Virus genome (UHGV): UHGV-0138535
Strand: one strand, 5' to 3'
Length of the DNA stretch: 53,721 nucleotides
Origin: a virus
The notes below the pieces were generated by a model, which was given only the letters and a program-made list of their open reading frames with translations, did not search any database and was not told the origin of the DNA. Below are positions 45,201 through 53,374 of the stretch, piece after piece (the stretch's first letter is position 1; every line of letters starts with the position of its first letter). The position numbers and the translations under genes were made by a program.

Positions 45201-45507
45201 TTTCCCCCCCTCCGTTTTCGCCTTCAGTCACTTTGTATTCTGCCGCCAGTTCAGCGCCAAGCAATTCCACTTCCATATTAGCGATACCCTGGAACATCAG
45301 ATAGGCAAAAACTAGGCTTTTAATTCTATCCGGGTCTTCAAGATGGTCTGCATTAAAAGGCGGTTCCGATACGTGGAAGCATTTAACATGCGCATCGTCT
45401 TCAGTGGCTACACGGAAACATGCACTAGGTTGCCCGGCAAATTGTCCTAATCTTTCTTCGTTCGGTAAAGTGCCACGGAAAACTTTAACGCTGATAAATT
45501 TAGACAT
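45184..45507 (-). CDS. hypothetical protein
   Basis: 107-aa track ORF in accessory array. Confidence 0.45.
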   Translation of the reverse strand: MSKFISVKVFRGTLPNEERLGQFAGQPSACFRVATEDDAHVKCFHVSEPPFNADHLEDPDRIKSLVFAYLMFQGIANMEVELLGAELAAEYKVTEGENGGGEIERIK

Positions 45508-45510
45508 TGT

Positions 45511-45765
45511 CTATTCTCCTTCGTAAAAAATAGCTACCAGTTCAGGATTGTTTAATGGGTTAGGGCAAGAATAAAAACCACTTCGCAATAACCCCCTAAG
45601 CGCCTTTATTTTTCTGTGCACCGGGATTGACTCGCTTAAATAGAAATCATCTTTCCTTTTGTCATAAGGTAGCTCGTAAAACCTACCATAATTTACGAAT
45701 TGAACGACGCGGCAAAACTCACCGTCAGCCTTACTGTTGCCGCGCCATATTTTGATTATTTCCAT
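45511..45765 (-). CDS. hypothetical protein
   Basis: 84-aa track ORF. Confidence 0.45.
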   Translation of the reverse strand: MEIIKIWRGNSKADGEFCRVVQFVNYGRFYELPYDKRKDDFYLSESIPVHRKIKALRGLLRSGFYSCPNPLNNPELVAIFYEGE

Positions 45766-45768
45766 AAA

Positions 45769-46068
45769 TTAAAACTCCGCACCAGGTAAGCTACGCGCTT
45801 TGTTTACCGTATCGTGCTTTAACAATAAACCAGCGTGATAATTCATAATCCCCATATTACCTACTGGTATTTCATCATTTTCTGCCTTTATTATTAACAA
45901 CTGGTTTTTAGTGAAGATCCTGTCTCCATCAGTGATATATAACCAGTCGCCGCGCTTACCAACAACAACATGAGATCTGCCTAAGCTGTCTTTAAATTCA
46001 TAATTACAGAAAACATCATCGTTAGGAACTTCAACAAAACAGCAAGCAATAAATTTAGCGCTTTTCAT
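45769..46068 (-). CDS. hypothetical protein
   Basis: Start MKSAKF at 46068 with AAGGGTG RBS inside track ORF 45769..46098. Confidence 0.45.
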   Translation of the reverse strand: MKSAKFIACCFVEVPNDDVFCNYEFKDSLGRSHVVVGKRGDWLYITDGDRIFTKNQLLIIKAENDEIPVGNMGIMNYHAGLLLKHDTVNKARSLPGAEF

Positions 46069-46111
46069 GATTACACCCTTCTGATTTGATGGGGCCATCC
46101 GGTCCCGTGTT

Positions 46112-46252
46112 TTATGCTTCTTCGTCTCCTTTAAACCCTAAGCACTCCGCGTACTCGTCAATGCTTAATGCTTCTTCACCTTGTGCCAGTAATTCAAAGT
46201 ATCTTGCGTACAGTTCGAAAACCCAGGCCGGATATTTAGCGTTAGCGTTCAT
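46112..46252 (-). CDS. small hypothetical acidic protein (46 aa)
   Basis: ATG preceded by GGGGGAAACC; not in track. Confidence 0.3.
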   Translation of the reverse strand: MNANAKYPAWVFELYARYFELLAQGEEALSIDEYAECLGFKGDEEA

Positions 46253-46262
46253 GGTTTCCCCC

Positions 46263-46541
46263 TTATGCCATACGTGCGAATTCAAGTGATTTGCATTCGT
46301 AGTCTTCCTCTGCCTGTTCGATGACTGCCATCATCATTTCGTTTGCGTTGTTGAATGCGTTGCTTTGTGCGAACTTGTCGGCTCCACCTTCTTCTTCGAA
46401 CTCCGCGTTGTTTGCTGCAATGTAGTGATATTCGATGTTGTTCAGGTAAGGGCTTGCAGCGTGTGCTGGGTCTTCTTTCTCCACCATCTCCCAAAATGCG
46501 TTTAAGCGAGATTCGACTTCTTTGTTAATCCAGCGTTTCAT
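46263..46541 (-). CDS. hypothetical protein
   Basis: 92-aa track ORF. Confidence 0.45.
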   Translation of the reverse strand: MKRWINKEVESRLNAFWEMVEKEDPAHAASPYLNNIEYHYIAANNAEFEEEGGADKFAQSNAFNNANEMMMAVIEQAEEDYECKSLEFARMA

Positions 46542-46622
46542 TTTTCTACCCTCCGCATCGTTCTCTCTTCAGCTTCTTTATAACAAAATGGCACTGCCGA
46601 AACAATGCCATTTCGTAAACCT

Positions 46623-46638
46623 TGTGATACAGATCACA
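46623..46638. promoter_or_regulatory. near-consensus CRP-type palindrome TGTGATACAGATCACA
   Basis: Perfect TGTGA-N6-TCACA with flanks TTGTGATACAGATCACATTT in 98-bp intergenic gap, next to AAATGGCA...TGCCATTT hairpin. Confidence 0.4.
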
Positions 46639-46639
46639 T

Positions 46640-46864
46640 TTACGTTTCTTCCGTAAAAGTAACCTTCATCGCCCCATCCGAACTACGGACAACATAACGA
46701 CCAATACCGCCTAGCGGCCCTGCATACCATAAGTGACCGTAAGTGTCAGTCACGACGATAAACGGAAATTTAGGAGACAATCCCATCGGTTTTTCAGCCG
46801 TGTACTGTACGCCTTCCTCAAAACAGCCCAATTTCGATTCGTTACACGTTAAAATCATTTTCAT
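46640..46864 (-). CDS. small protein, member of FxxG..Y/TDxxGxLW paralog family
   Basis: Start MKMILT at 46864 with AGGGGT RBS; FEEGVQY...VTDTYGHLWYAG. Confidence 0.45.
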   Translation of the reverse strand: MKMILTCNESKLGCFEEGVQYTAEKPMGLSPKFPFIVVTDTYGHLWYAGPLGGIGRYVVRSSDGAMKVTFTEET

Positions 46865-47100
46865 ACCCCTACATACGAAAACGCAGCAAAAGCACCACCA
46901 CCAGCACGCGCATAAACAAGCGCCGTGCCACAACCCATCTTATAAAATCGCCATAACTGCCCCTGGTCGTCAGTAATGGCATGAATATATTCCTGATCCT
47001 TTGCGTCAACCAATGCCGCGTCAACCTCGTAGATCTTGCCATTCTTAAAAAACGCGCTGCATCGTGAGTATGTGCACTGGTATCTATGTTTCCGATTCAT
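46861..47100 (-). CDS. small protein, member of same paralog family
   Basis: 79 aa; FKNGKIYEV...AITDDQGQLW. Confidence 0.45.
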   Translation of the reverse strand: MNRKHRYQCTYSRCSAFFKNGKIYEVDAALVDAKDQEYIHAITDDQGQLWRFYKMGCGTALVYARAGGGAFAAFSYVGV

Positions 47101-47110
47101 AGCACCTCAC

Positions 47111-47368
47111 TTATTCCGGTTTACTGCCTTCGCGGGCGCAAAACTCCGCGATCTCACGGAAATCATGCACTATGCGATAAATATACAAACCAGCGGCGTT
47201 ATTGATATGGCTAACATAAGCGAAATAAACTTTATCATCATCGCCAGTTATCGCCATTGCACCATCACCGCCCGGTGCGCCGTGGAGTTGAACGCCGCAA
47301 TAGATCTTCCCTTCTTCAAAAATATTGCGGTCGCGCGTCTGCAATACCTCAAAATATAAATGTTTCAT
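47111..47368 (-). CDS. small protein, member of same paralog family
   Basis: Start MKHLYF at 47368 with AAAGGGG RBS; FEEGKIY...AITGDDDKVY. Confidence 0.45.
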   Translation of the reverse strand: MKHLYFEVLQTRDRNIFEEGKIYCGVQLHGAPGGDGAMAITGDDDKVYFAYVSHINNAAGLYIYRIVHDFREIAEFCAREGSKPE

Positions 47369-47378
47369 TGTTGCCCCT

Positions 47379-47591
47379 TTAATAACGTTCAAAGCTGGCA
47401 GCAAAACCTACACCGGATATTTCACCGCCTTCATAGCTCGGCCTGAATACCCATATTTCGTCATGATTATCAATCAAGGCAAGGCAATTACTCATTGTGT
47501 GTGCTTCATTGCCATAAACGATGTGAACGTCATAAATACTCCCAATCGTGAAAACACTGTCATTGCTTGAGTATGAGCATTTAACTTGCAT
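47379..47591 (-). CDS. small protein, member of same paralog family
   Basis: 70 aa; FTIGSIYDV...LIDNHDEIWVF. Confidence 0.45.
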   Translation of the reverse strand: MQVKCSYSSNDSVFTIGSIYDVHIVYGNEAHTMSNCLALIDNHDEIWVFRPSYEGGEISGVGFAASFERY

Positions 47592-47836
47592 CAGAAAACC
47601 CCTTTATAATCGACCGTGTATTTTGCTATCAGATTCCAGTCGCAGTAATTAAGCATGTCGCGAGGCTGCCAGCCTTTCATCCCGACCGCCCGCCGCGCAG
47701 CGTGACGGCGATAATCATCGTTATAGTCAGCTATGCACCACGTCTGGAGAACAAACATATAATTTGCTTCATTAACCAGGATAGCCACCCGCTTTCCTGT
47801 TGCCTTGTCTTTTGCCCTGAAATAATTCACTTTCAT
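47591..47836 (-). CDS. hypothetical protein
   Basis: 81-aa track ORF. Confidence 0.45.
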   Translation of the reverse strand: MKVNYFRAKDKATGKRVAILVNEANYMFVLQTWCIADYNDDYRRHAARRAVGMKGWQPRDMLNYCDWNLIAKYTVDYKGVF

Positions 47837-48048
47837 TTTAATACCTCGTCGATCAGCATTTCTTCTTCCAGGTTAGCCGGACGTTTACGGAATATCCCGG
47901 CAAAAACCAGGTCATCAAGTAGGTCTTTGCGTTTAAATAGCCACTCTTTCATTATTACCCCGTCATCGCTGCGATATACGACGCCGTTTTTCAAAAAATA
48001 AAAAGTGCTGGTATTTGTTTGAAGGTATAAATCTTCGTAAACGTCCAT
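47833..48048 (-). CDS. hypothetical protein
   Basis: 71-aa track ORF; FLKNGVVYRSDDG resembles paralog-family motif. Confidence 0.45.
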   Translation of the reverse strand: MDVYEDLYLQTNTSTFYFLKNGVVYRSDDGVIMKEWLFKRKDLLDDLVFAGIFRKRPANLEEEMLIDEVLK

Positions 48049-48052
48049 GATA

Positions 48053-48280
48053 TTAACCCTCGACTACTTGCAAGCCGCGCCCCTTATCGCCTACGAAGTC
48101 GCCCAGGCTAAACGTATATGACCACGCCGGGTTAATGTAGTAATCATCAGCACCGTGAGCGATAAGGTCTTTACCCAAAATGACGCAGGTCACATCATCA
48201 GAATGAACAACGTCTACCGTTTCCCCTACCACGCGTTTTAATGATGGGTAGCCGTGATCGTGCAAGAATTTAACTTTCAT
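48053..48280 (-). CDS. hypothetical protein
   Basis: 75-aa track ORF. Confidence 0.45.
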   Translation of the reverse strand: MKVKFLHDHGYPSLKRVVGETVDVVHSDDVTCVILGKDLIAHGADDYYINPAWSYTFSLGDFVGDKGRGLQVVEG

Positions 48281-48564
48281 ATTTCTTTCCCTTTATAAGT
48301 AACAGCATCAGCGATCAACAATACCGCCAGCAATTCACCGTCATGTAACGGGTCTGGAATAACAAAAAATATGTCGCTGTTTTTGTCCGGCACTACTACG
48401 CGCATATTTCCCTGTTTGTCTTCATGCACGAACCACGGCTTTTTGTGTGGCTCAAACATGCCGAAAAGTAATTTAAGATCTATTTCTTCACCCTTCGTGA
48501 ATAACGACACATCAGTTGTAGTGATAACTAACGCTTTCTGATCTGCTGTTTTCTTCGCTCTCAT
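48277..48564 (-). CDS. hypothetical protein
   Basis: 95-aa track ORF. Confidence 0.45.
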   Translation of the reverse strand: MRAKKTADQKALVITTTDVSLFTKGEEIDLKLLFGMFEPHKKPWFVHEDKQGNMRVVVPDKNSDIFFVIPDPLHDGELLAVLLIADAVTYKGKEI

Positions 48565-48794
48565 TCCTCTGTCTCCCAGCGGTCTATGCTGATTAAAAAG
48601 TCCCGGATAGCGTGTCGCTCGTCGCGCGTCGGTTTACGCTTCCGGTAAATTTTGAAATCGAACCATTCTTTTTCTTGTTCGAAGTCCAGATCGTAAGCAA
48701 GCGCCTCGATATATCCGCAGTCGTGATACTGGTAAGCCACGCCAGCACGAACAAAAAAGCGGGTTTTATCCCGCTTGTGTTCATAGATACACAT
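48561..48794 (-). CDS. hypothetical protein
   Basis: 77-aa track ORF. Confidence 0.45.
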   Translation of the reverse strand: MCIYEHKRDKTRFFVRAGVAYQYHDCGYIEALAYDLDFEQEKEWFDFKIYRKRKPTRDERHAIRDFLISIDRWETEE

Positions 48795-48804
48795 ATTTGC
48801 CCCG

Positions 48805-49035
48805 CTATGCAGTTGTGTAGCTGTCTACCAGCTTTTCATCCTTCATTCTGGCAAGCTGTGCGATGTTCATCGTGTAGCCGCCATCAGAGAAAAGCCACTC
48901 CGCAGCCTTGCGACGAAAAACAATATCATCATGGTTGTGCGTCCATGTAGCGATAACCACTCGCTTTCCGTCAGTGGCAAACATAGATAATTCATTATCA
49001 ACTACGTCGATAGCTTGCCAGATCTTTAACTCCAT
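48805..49035 (-). CDS. hypothetical protein
   Basis: 76-aa track ORF. Confidence 0.45.
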   Translation of the reverse strand: MELKIWQAIDVVDNELSMFATDGKRVVIATWTHNHDDIVFRRKAAEWLFSDGGYTMNIAQLARMKDEKLVDSYTTA

Positions 49036-49391
49036 TGTTTACCCCCGTAAATTTTGGATAGCTCCCGCGCTTCCTGATCTTCAAATATATTTATATGCAG
49101 GTTATGCAGGCGGCGCATTGTGCGGAAGCGTGGTCGGAATTCTTGACCCCTTTTAATGTATTTATCGCCAATTGAATAAATATGACCGTATGAATACCAT
49201 CTATTCCCGACCCAAATTAGATAAATTTCACCCTCATAATTAAATTTGATTGTAAACTTGTCAACCTCCATTATTAATCCTTTGTCGAGGATGTCATTTA
49301 GCATTTCATCCCATTCTTTCAGGAATGGTTGTTGATAAAAACCAAAAAGCGTATTTGCAGCATGGCAAAGATAATCAATGATTATTTGCAT
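49026..49391 (-). CDS. hypothetical protein
   Basis: 121-aa track ORF. Confidence 0.45.
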   Translation of the reverse strand: MQIIIDYLCHAANTLFGFYQQPFLKEWDEMLNDILDKGLIMEVDKFTIKFNYEGEIYLIWVGNRWYSYGHIYSIGDKYIKRGQEFRPRFRTMRRLHNLHINIFEDQEARELSKIYGGKQWS

Positions 49392-49395
49392 ATTA

Positions 49396-49596
49396 TCACC
49401 ACATCATATAGTAAACGTTATCATCTGCTAATTCGTCTGCGTCTCTTTGACAGTCGATTGTCGCATCATCTTCGTGCCATTCTTTAGCAAATAAACGCGC
49501 CCATTTACGACGCTCACGTTTATTGTGCTGCAGGTCACTAAAAACCATTAAAGCCTTGTCGTAAGCTCTTACCAGGCGTTTCATTCTACTTTTCAT
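49396..49596 (-). CDS. hypothetical basic protein
   Basis: 66-aa track ORF. Confidence 0.4.
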   Translation of the reverse strand: MKSRMKRLVRAYDKALMVFSDLQHNKRERRKWARLFAKEWHEDDATIDCQRDADELADDNVYYMMW

Positions 49597-49802
49597 TTTT
49601 CACCCTTCCTTAATTCCTTAATTTCAATATTGCGTAACCGGACGTTGCACGGCGTTTCAGATTTACCAGTAAGCGCCAGCGTCAGGTTTTCAGGTGTCGT
49701 GTAAAGAATTATCTCTTTACCAGTGCTAAATTTAATTTCTATGCGGATCTCGTTTTCATCACCGCACAATACGCGGCTAATTGACAGGCCAGCTTTTTTC
49801 AT
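49593..49802 (-). CDS. hypothetical protein
   Basis: 69-aa track ORF. Confidence 0.4.
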   Translation of the reverse strand: MKKAGLSISRVLCGDENEIRIEIKFSTGKEIILYTTPENLTLALTGKSETPCNVRLRNIEIKELRKGEK

Positions 49803-49830
49803 TGCTCAACAAACCTTAAAATCTGTATTG

Positions 49831-50115
49831 CTAGTAAATATCACACTTTATTGCGAATACCTTCACCGGATCAGGGCCGAATAGTGGATGTTGAATCAAC
49901 TTGATTTCGTACCCCATGTAAGGCAATACGATAATCCGGTCTTTCTCATCATCCGATGGATAACCCCATTTAATGATTAATCTTGTGTACTCCCGCCCCT
50001 CCAGGCGTTTACGCCAGTATTCATTGTAAAGCCGGTATTCCTCAACCTTCTTCCCCGCCCGGATAGCGTGGAAGTATTCTCCTTTTAAATTCAAATGCAG
50101 GTGTTTATTTGCCAT
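49831..50115 (-). CDS. ASCH/DUF3850-like small protein
   Basis: Start MANKHLHLNLKGEYFHAIRAGKKVEEYRL with AAGGGTGA RBS inside track ORF 49831..50148; pattern resembles DUF3850/ASCH N-termini. Confidence 0.45.
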   Translation of the reverse strand: MANKHLHLNLKGEYFHAIRAGKKVEEYRLYNEYWRKRLEGREYTRLIIKWGYPSDDEKDRIIVLPYMGYEIKLIQHPLFGPDPVKVFAIKCDIY

Positions 50116-50452
50116 CACTATCACCCTTAAAATATTGCTCAAGCGCACGTTTGACGTTCATTTCACGCTGATAATTATTATCTGCATAGATTGCTGCTGC
50201 CGATATGTGATCGATAATTTGCTGCAATAAATCAGGATGAATTTTTATTTTTTCGTCAAGAACAATGCGCTCCGGCTCTGGTGCTGTAGCACTATCTTCA
50301 ATAATTTCTATCTCACCATGACCACCGCATCGCGGACAAACAAACTTATCGCCTTGATACAAAAAGAAGCCGCAACCTTTTTCAGTCTTAACAACCATGC
50401 CGTCGTCGTCGCAGTTTTCGCAATATAACCACCCGATATTAATTATTTTCAT
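50105..50452 (-). CDS. zinc-ribbon protein
   Basis: Start MKIINIGW at 50452 with GGGAGG RBS (track start is TTG at 50488); CENC...CPRC Cys pairs. Confidence 0.45.
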   Translation of the reverse strand: MKIINIGWLYCENCDDDGMVVKTEKGCGFFLYQGDKFVCPRCGGHGEIEIIEDSATAPEPERIVLDEKIKIHPDLLQQIIDHISAAAIYADNNYQREMNVKRALEQYFKGDSDGK

Positions 50453-50642
50453 CTTCTCTATTCCTCCCGTAAATGTGAACTGGCTCAATAGGTACGGCTG
50501 GCAATTCGCCTTCGTTTAATGCGCTTGCCATACCCAATATCAATCGCGCTTCTGCACCAGTTACTTTCTTACACCACGCGCCGCCCGTTTTATCTTCGAA
50601 CAAGATAACGGCAAACTGATCGTTTATTTCTAACTTGTCCAT
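50439..50642 (-). CDS. hypothetical protein
   Basis: 67-aa track ORF immediately downstream of Q-like gene. Confidence 0.4.
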   Translation of the reverse strand: MDKLEINDQFAVILFEDKTGGAWCKKVTGAEARLILGMASALNEGELPAVPIEPVHIYGRNREDENN

Positions 50643-51364
50643 TATTCACCCCGTGTCACTCGTTTAATTTCGCTTTCCGCGCGGGCCTCTTCTTTGAATA
50701 GCTCCGCTATGGCGTCTTCATAGAAAACCCGGTATTTCTTCCACCATGTTGATCTGCTTACCGGGAAAACAAGCTGGTTAACGGCCTGCCGGACGAGATC
50801 TACCGGGAAACGCGAGTACCCGCGCCCGCCGCAATGCTGGCACGTTTTGAATACTGGCATTTCCGCCGCTTCGCTGGCTGTTTTATCCGGTATCTCGCCA
50901 CGCCCCTTGCATTGTTTACAATGATTGCGAACCTTTCCATGCCCCTTGCATTTTTTGCAAAGATGTTTTTCTCCGTAGTCGTCAAACGTAAATTTATATC
51001 CGCCGCACTCCATACAAGTTTTTTCCGTCGCGGCGCTTTGGCAATAATCCCGAAACGCGAAAACGGCAACAAGAATAATAAGATCATTGCGTTGTTCTTC
51101 ATTTAATTCCATCACATATTCGTAATCTTTCGCCATAGCTCTTAAACGCTCTGTAAGCAATACTACAGCCCTGTGTTTTTCGGCTTGCGATAGCTCCATC
51201 TTCCCTAAAAAAGCACTATAGCCAAGCTCTACGCGCGATTGCGCCATACCCGCAGCGGTTAGCGCATCAGTCGTATTAAGCGCATCCGGGGATGTGCCCC
51301 GGCTTTCGTCTGATAATCGCGGTGATTTGGGAAAGTGGAATTTCAGAATGGATTCTAAATTCAT
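50642..51364 (-). CDS. putative late-gene antitermination protein Q-like (zinc-finger)
   Basis: 240 aa; follows NinG-RusA as Q does in lambdoid nin regions; multiple CxxC pairs. Confidence 0.6.
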   Translation of the reverse strand: MNLESILKFHFPKSPRLSDESRGTSPDALNTTDALTAAGMAQSRVELGYSAFLGKMELSQAEKHRAVVLLTERLRAMAKDYEYVMELNEEQRNDLIILVAVFAFRDYCQSAATEKTCMECGGYKFTFDDYGEKHLCKKCKGHGKVRNHCKQCKGRGEIPDKTASEAAEMPVFKTCQHCGGRGYSRFPVDLVRQAVNQLVFPVSRSTWWKKYRVFYEDAIAELFKEEARAESEIKRVTRGE

Positions 51365-51546
51365 TATTTCCCCCCGTAACGAGCAATAAGTTGTTTACGA
51401 TCAGAAATAGACTGGACTAACTTTTTCTCAAGCTCTTTCAATGCAAGCAATTCGCGCATATGAAAAGCCTGGATTTGTCGGACTGTAGCTAAATCATGCT
51501 CATCGCGCTGAATATCTATTTGCAGATCTTTAACTTCATTTTTCAT
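51364..51546 (-). CDS. small hypothetical coiled-coil protein
   Basis: ATG at 51546 with GGGAGGTG RBS inside track ORF 51364..51561. Confidence 0.4.
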   Translation of the reverse strand: MKNEVKDLQIDIQRDEHDLATVRQIQAFHMRELLALKELEKKLVQSISDRKQLIARYGGK

Positions 51547-51548
51547 TG

Positions 51549-51956
51549 TCACACCTCCCAATAATTCTGAATATATTCGTTAATATCAGGTAACACCCCT
51601 GAATGTTCTTTCACTTTTACGAATATCTGGCCGTTTTTTATTTTATGGCACTTTACAACCTTAAGACTAAAAACCTGCCTATCATCAACCCAAAAATGAG
51701 CGTAAGTAAGACTATCGAATATTGCTTTTAAGCAATTATCAATATCGTGTGGGCGTAGTGTAGGTGGCGCTACATATATATAAACGGAAACATTAAAATC
51801 AATATTAAGATCAAGTTTTAGTGATTCTATTATTTCTTTGACTTTTTTTTGGAAATCCTTGCCTTTGTTTGTTACATACTTACTACCCCTTTTATTGTTG
51901 CCGTAATAAGAATTAACCGATGGTGCCCAGGGTAACGTGAATTCAAATTCACGCAT
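51549..51956 (-). CDS. rusA: RusA-family Holliday junction resolvase
   Basis: Internal ATG at 51956 with AAGGAG RBS; LPWAPSVNSYY...RPHDIDNCLKAIFDSLTYAHFWVDDRQV matches RusA motifs. Confidence 0.75.
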   Translation of the reverse strand: MREFEFTLPWAPSVNSYYGNNKRGSKYVTNKGKDFQKKVKEIIESLKLDLNIDFNVSVYIYVAPPTLRPHDIDNCLKAIFDSLTYAHFWVDDRQVFSLKVVKCHKIKNGQIFVKVKEHSGVLPDINEYIQNYWEV

Positions 51957-52445
51957 CAAAATCTCCTTGCTTACACCATTGTTTTCATGGAAACAATATT
52001 TTTTTTCTCCTTTTTTTCTGACATCCACTGCATCTTCAAAATTATCAAACTGACCAAGATACACATTTTTACCATTAACACATATTTCCGCTCTATAGTA
52101 TCCGTTAGAAAGTTTATGAACCCCAGGCTGCCCACTTTTATTATTTTTTGGTTTTGCCTGATTTCTTCCGTTTTGCTTATGAGTAACAAGGCGTAAATTT
52201 TCTATCCTGTTATCATTTCTGTTGTGCCAAATATGATCTATCTCGCATCCTTTCGGAATTGGTCCGTTATGCATTTCCCATATAATTCTATGTACTTTAT
52301 GTAATTTATCGTTAACACGAACAACCCAATAACCACTATTTTTATGGATGCAACCAGCCAAATCACCAGCGTTACACTTTCCTTTCTTTCCCTTCCAATA
52401 TAAAAAACCGTTGTCGTATTCAAATATATCATGCCAATTATTCAT
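51957..52445 (-). CDS. HNH homing endonuclease with AP2-like DNA-binding domain (no own stop; in frame with rusA)
   Basis: N-terminal 163 codons of track ORF 51549..52445; HNH motif CEIDHIWHNRNDNRIENLRLVTHKQN and AP2-like GVHKLSNGYYRAEI; AT-rich. Confidence 0.65.
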
Positions 52446-53047
52446 GCTACCTTTCTCCTTAAGGCGTCCAATTTCGCCTGATAGATGTTTATTAGCTCCT
52501 TACATTCTGCAATCGTCCATTTATGCGTATCGTTGTTGTTCTCCAGAGCTACCACCCTGGCGAGGCCAATTTTTCGAATTAGCGCCGGGCGATACCCTCC
52601 TATGTTTCCGTCTAATGTCTGGTTGCAGTGCCTGCATTGTTTATGGCAATTCTCCTCGTTAAAGCGAAGGTGTCCTGCGGCGGCAACCGTCCTGTAATGG
52701 CCCGCATCCCACCCGCATTGCTCACCGTAGTAAGTCCCGCAGGATATACACGGCAAGCGCGCGTCACGTTCGCGGATATAGGCGTTGAATACGTTTTGAA
52801 CTTGCTTGATCCAGTAGCTGCGCGGATTTAACTGTTTCCGCTTCCGGTTGCGTTCTTCCCGCTGGCTATCGCGGCGTTTCTTCCGTTCCATAGCCTTCAT
52901 AGCCTTTTCACGGTCGCGGCATAGCTGGTCAAACTTCAGTTCTTCCAGACATTCATCGCTGCACCACGTTTGATTATGATATTTAGGCTCAAAAAAAACG
53001 CCGCAGCACTTGCAACGGCGTCTTATGGGTTTTTTAGGGTTTTGCAT
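52442..53047 (-). CDS. ninG: NinG recombination protein
   Basis: Start MQNPKK at 53047 inside track ORF 52442..53137; closely parallels lambda NinG (PRSYWIKQ...RERD..LPCISCGT...WDAGHYRT.AAA..LRFNE.N.HKQC..CNQ). Confidence 0.8.
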   Translation of the reverse strand: MQNPKKPIRRRCKCCGVFFEPKYHNQTWCSDECLEELKFDQLCRDREKAMKAMERKKRRDSQREERNRKRKQLNPRSYWIKQVQNVFNAYIRERDARLPCISCGTYYGEQCGWDAGHYRTVAAAGHLRFNEENCHKQCRHCNQTLDGNIGGYRPALIRKIGLARVVALENNNDTHKWTIAECKELINIYQAKLDALRRKVA

Positions 53048-53061
53048 AAAAACCACCCCGA

Positions 53062-53238
53062 TTATTTTTGATTCTCTGTTTCGTTCAGCCTTTCGGCGTG
53101 TCCGGCCCTTAGCCAATGTTCTAAGCATTCGTTGCACTCGTTACAGCCTCCTTTCTTCGTGCTGCATACATTGCACATTGCACGCATAACGCTTTCTCGT
53201 TCATAGTCGTCATGCCATTGGTAATTATCAAAAGGCAT
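53062..53238 (-). CDS. ninF: NinF-like small zinc-binding protein (58 aa)
   Basis: ATG with GGAGAG RBS; YERESVMRAMCNVC...CNECNEC resembles lambda NinF; not in track. Confidence 0.55.
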   Translation of the reverse strand: MPFDNYQWHDDYERESVMRAMCNVCSTKKGGCNECNECLEHWLRAGHAERLNETENQK

Positions 53239-53358
53239 AATGCTCTCTCCTTTTCAGGTGATTTCTACGCATTTCAGCGCTGCCGGATTTTTAAAGAGCA
53301 TTTTGTTTGCTTGAAGTATACAAAATGGATACGTGCTAACAAGGTGCAAAGCGCCATT

Positions 53359-53374
53359 ATGTGACATTCATCAC
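53359..53374. promoter_or_regulatory. CRP-type palindrome TGTGACATTCATCACA
   Basis: Perfect TGTGA-N6-TCACA flanked by inverted CCATTTTGT / ACAAAATGG motifs. Confidence 0.35.
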
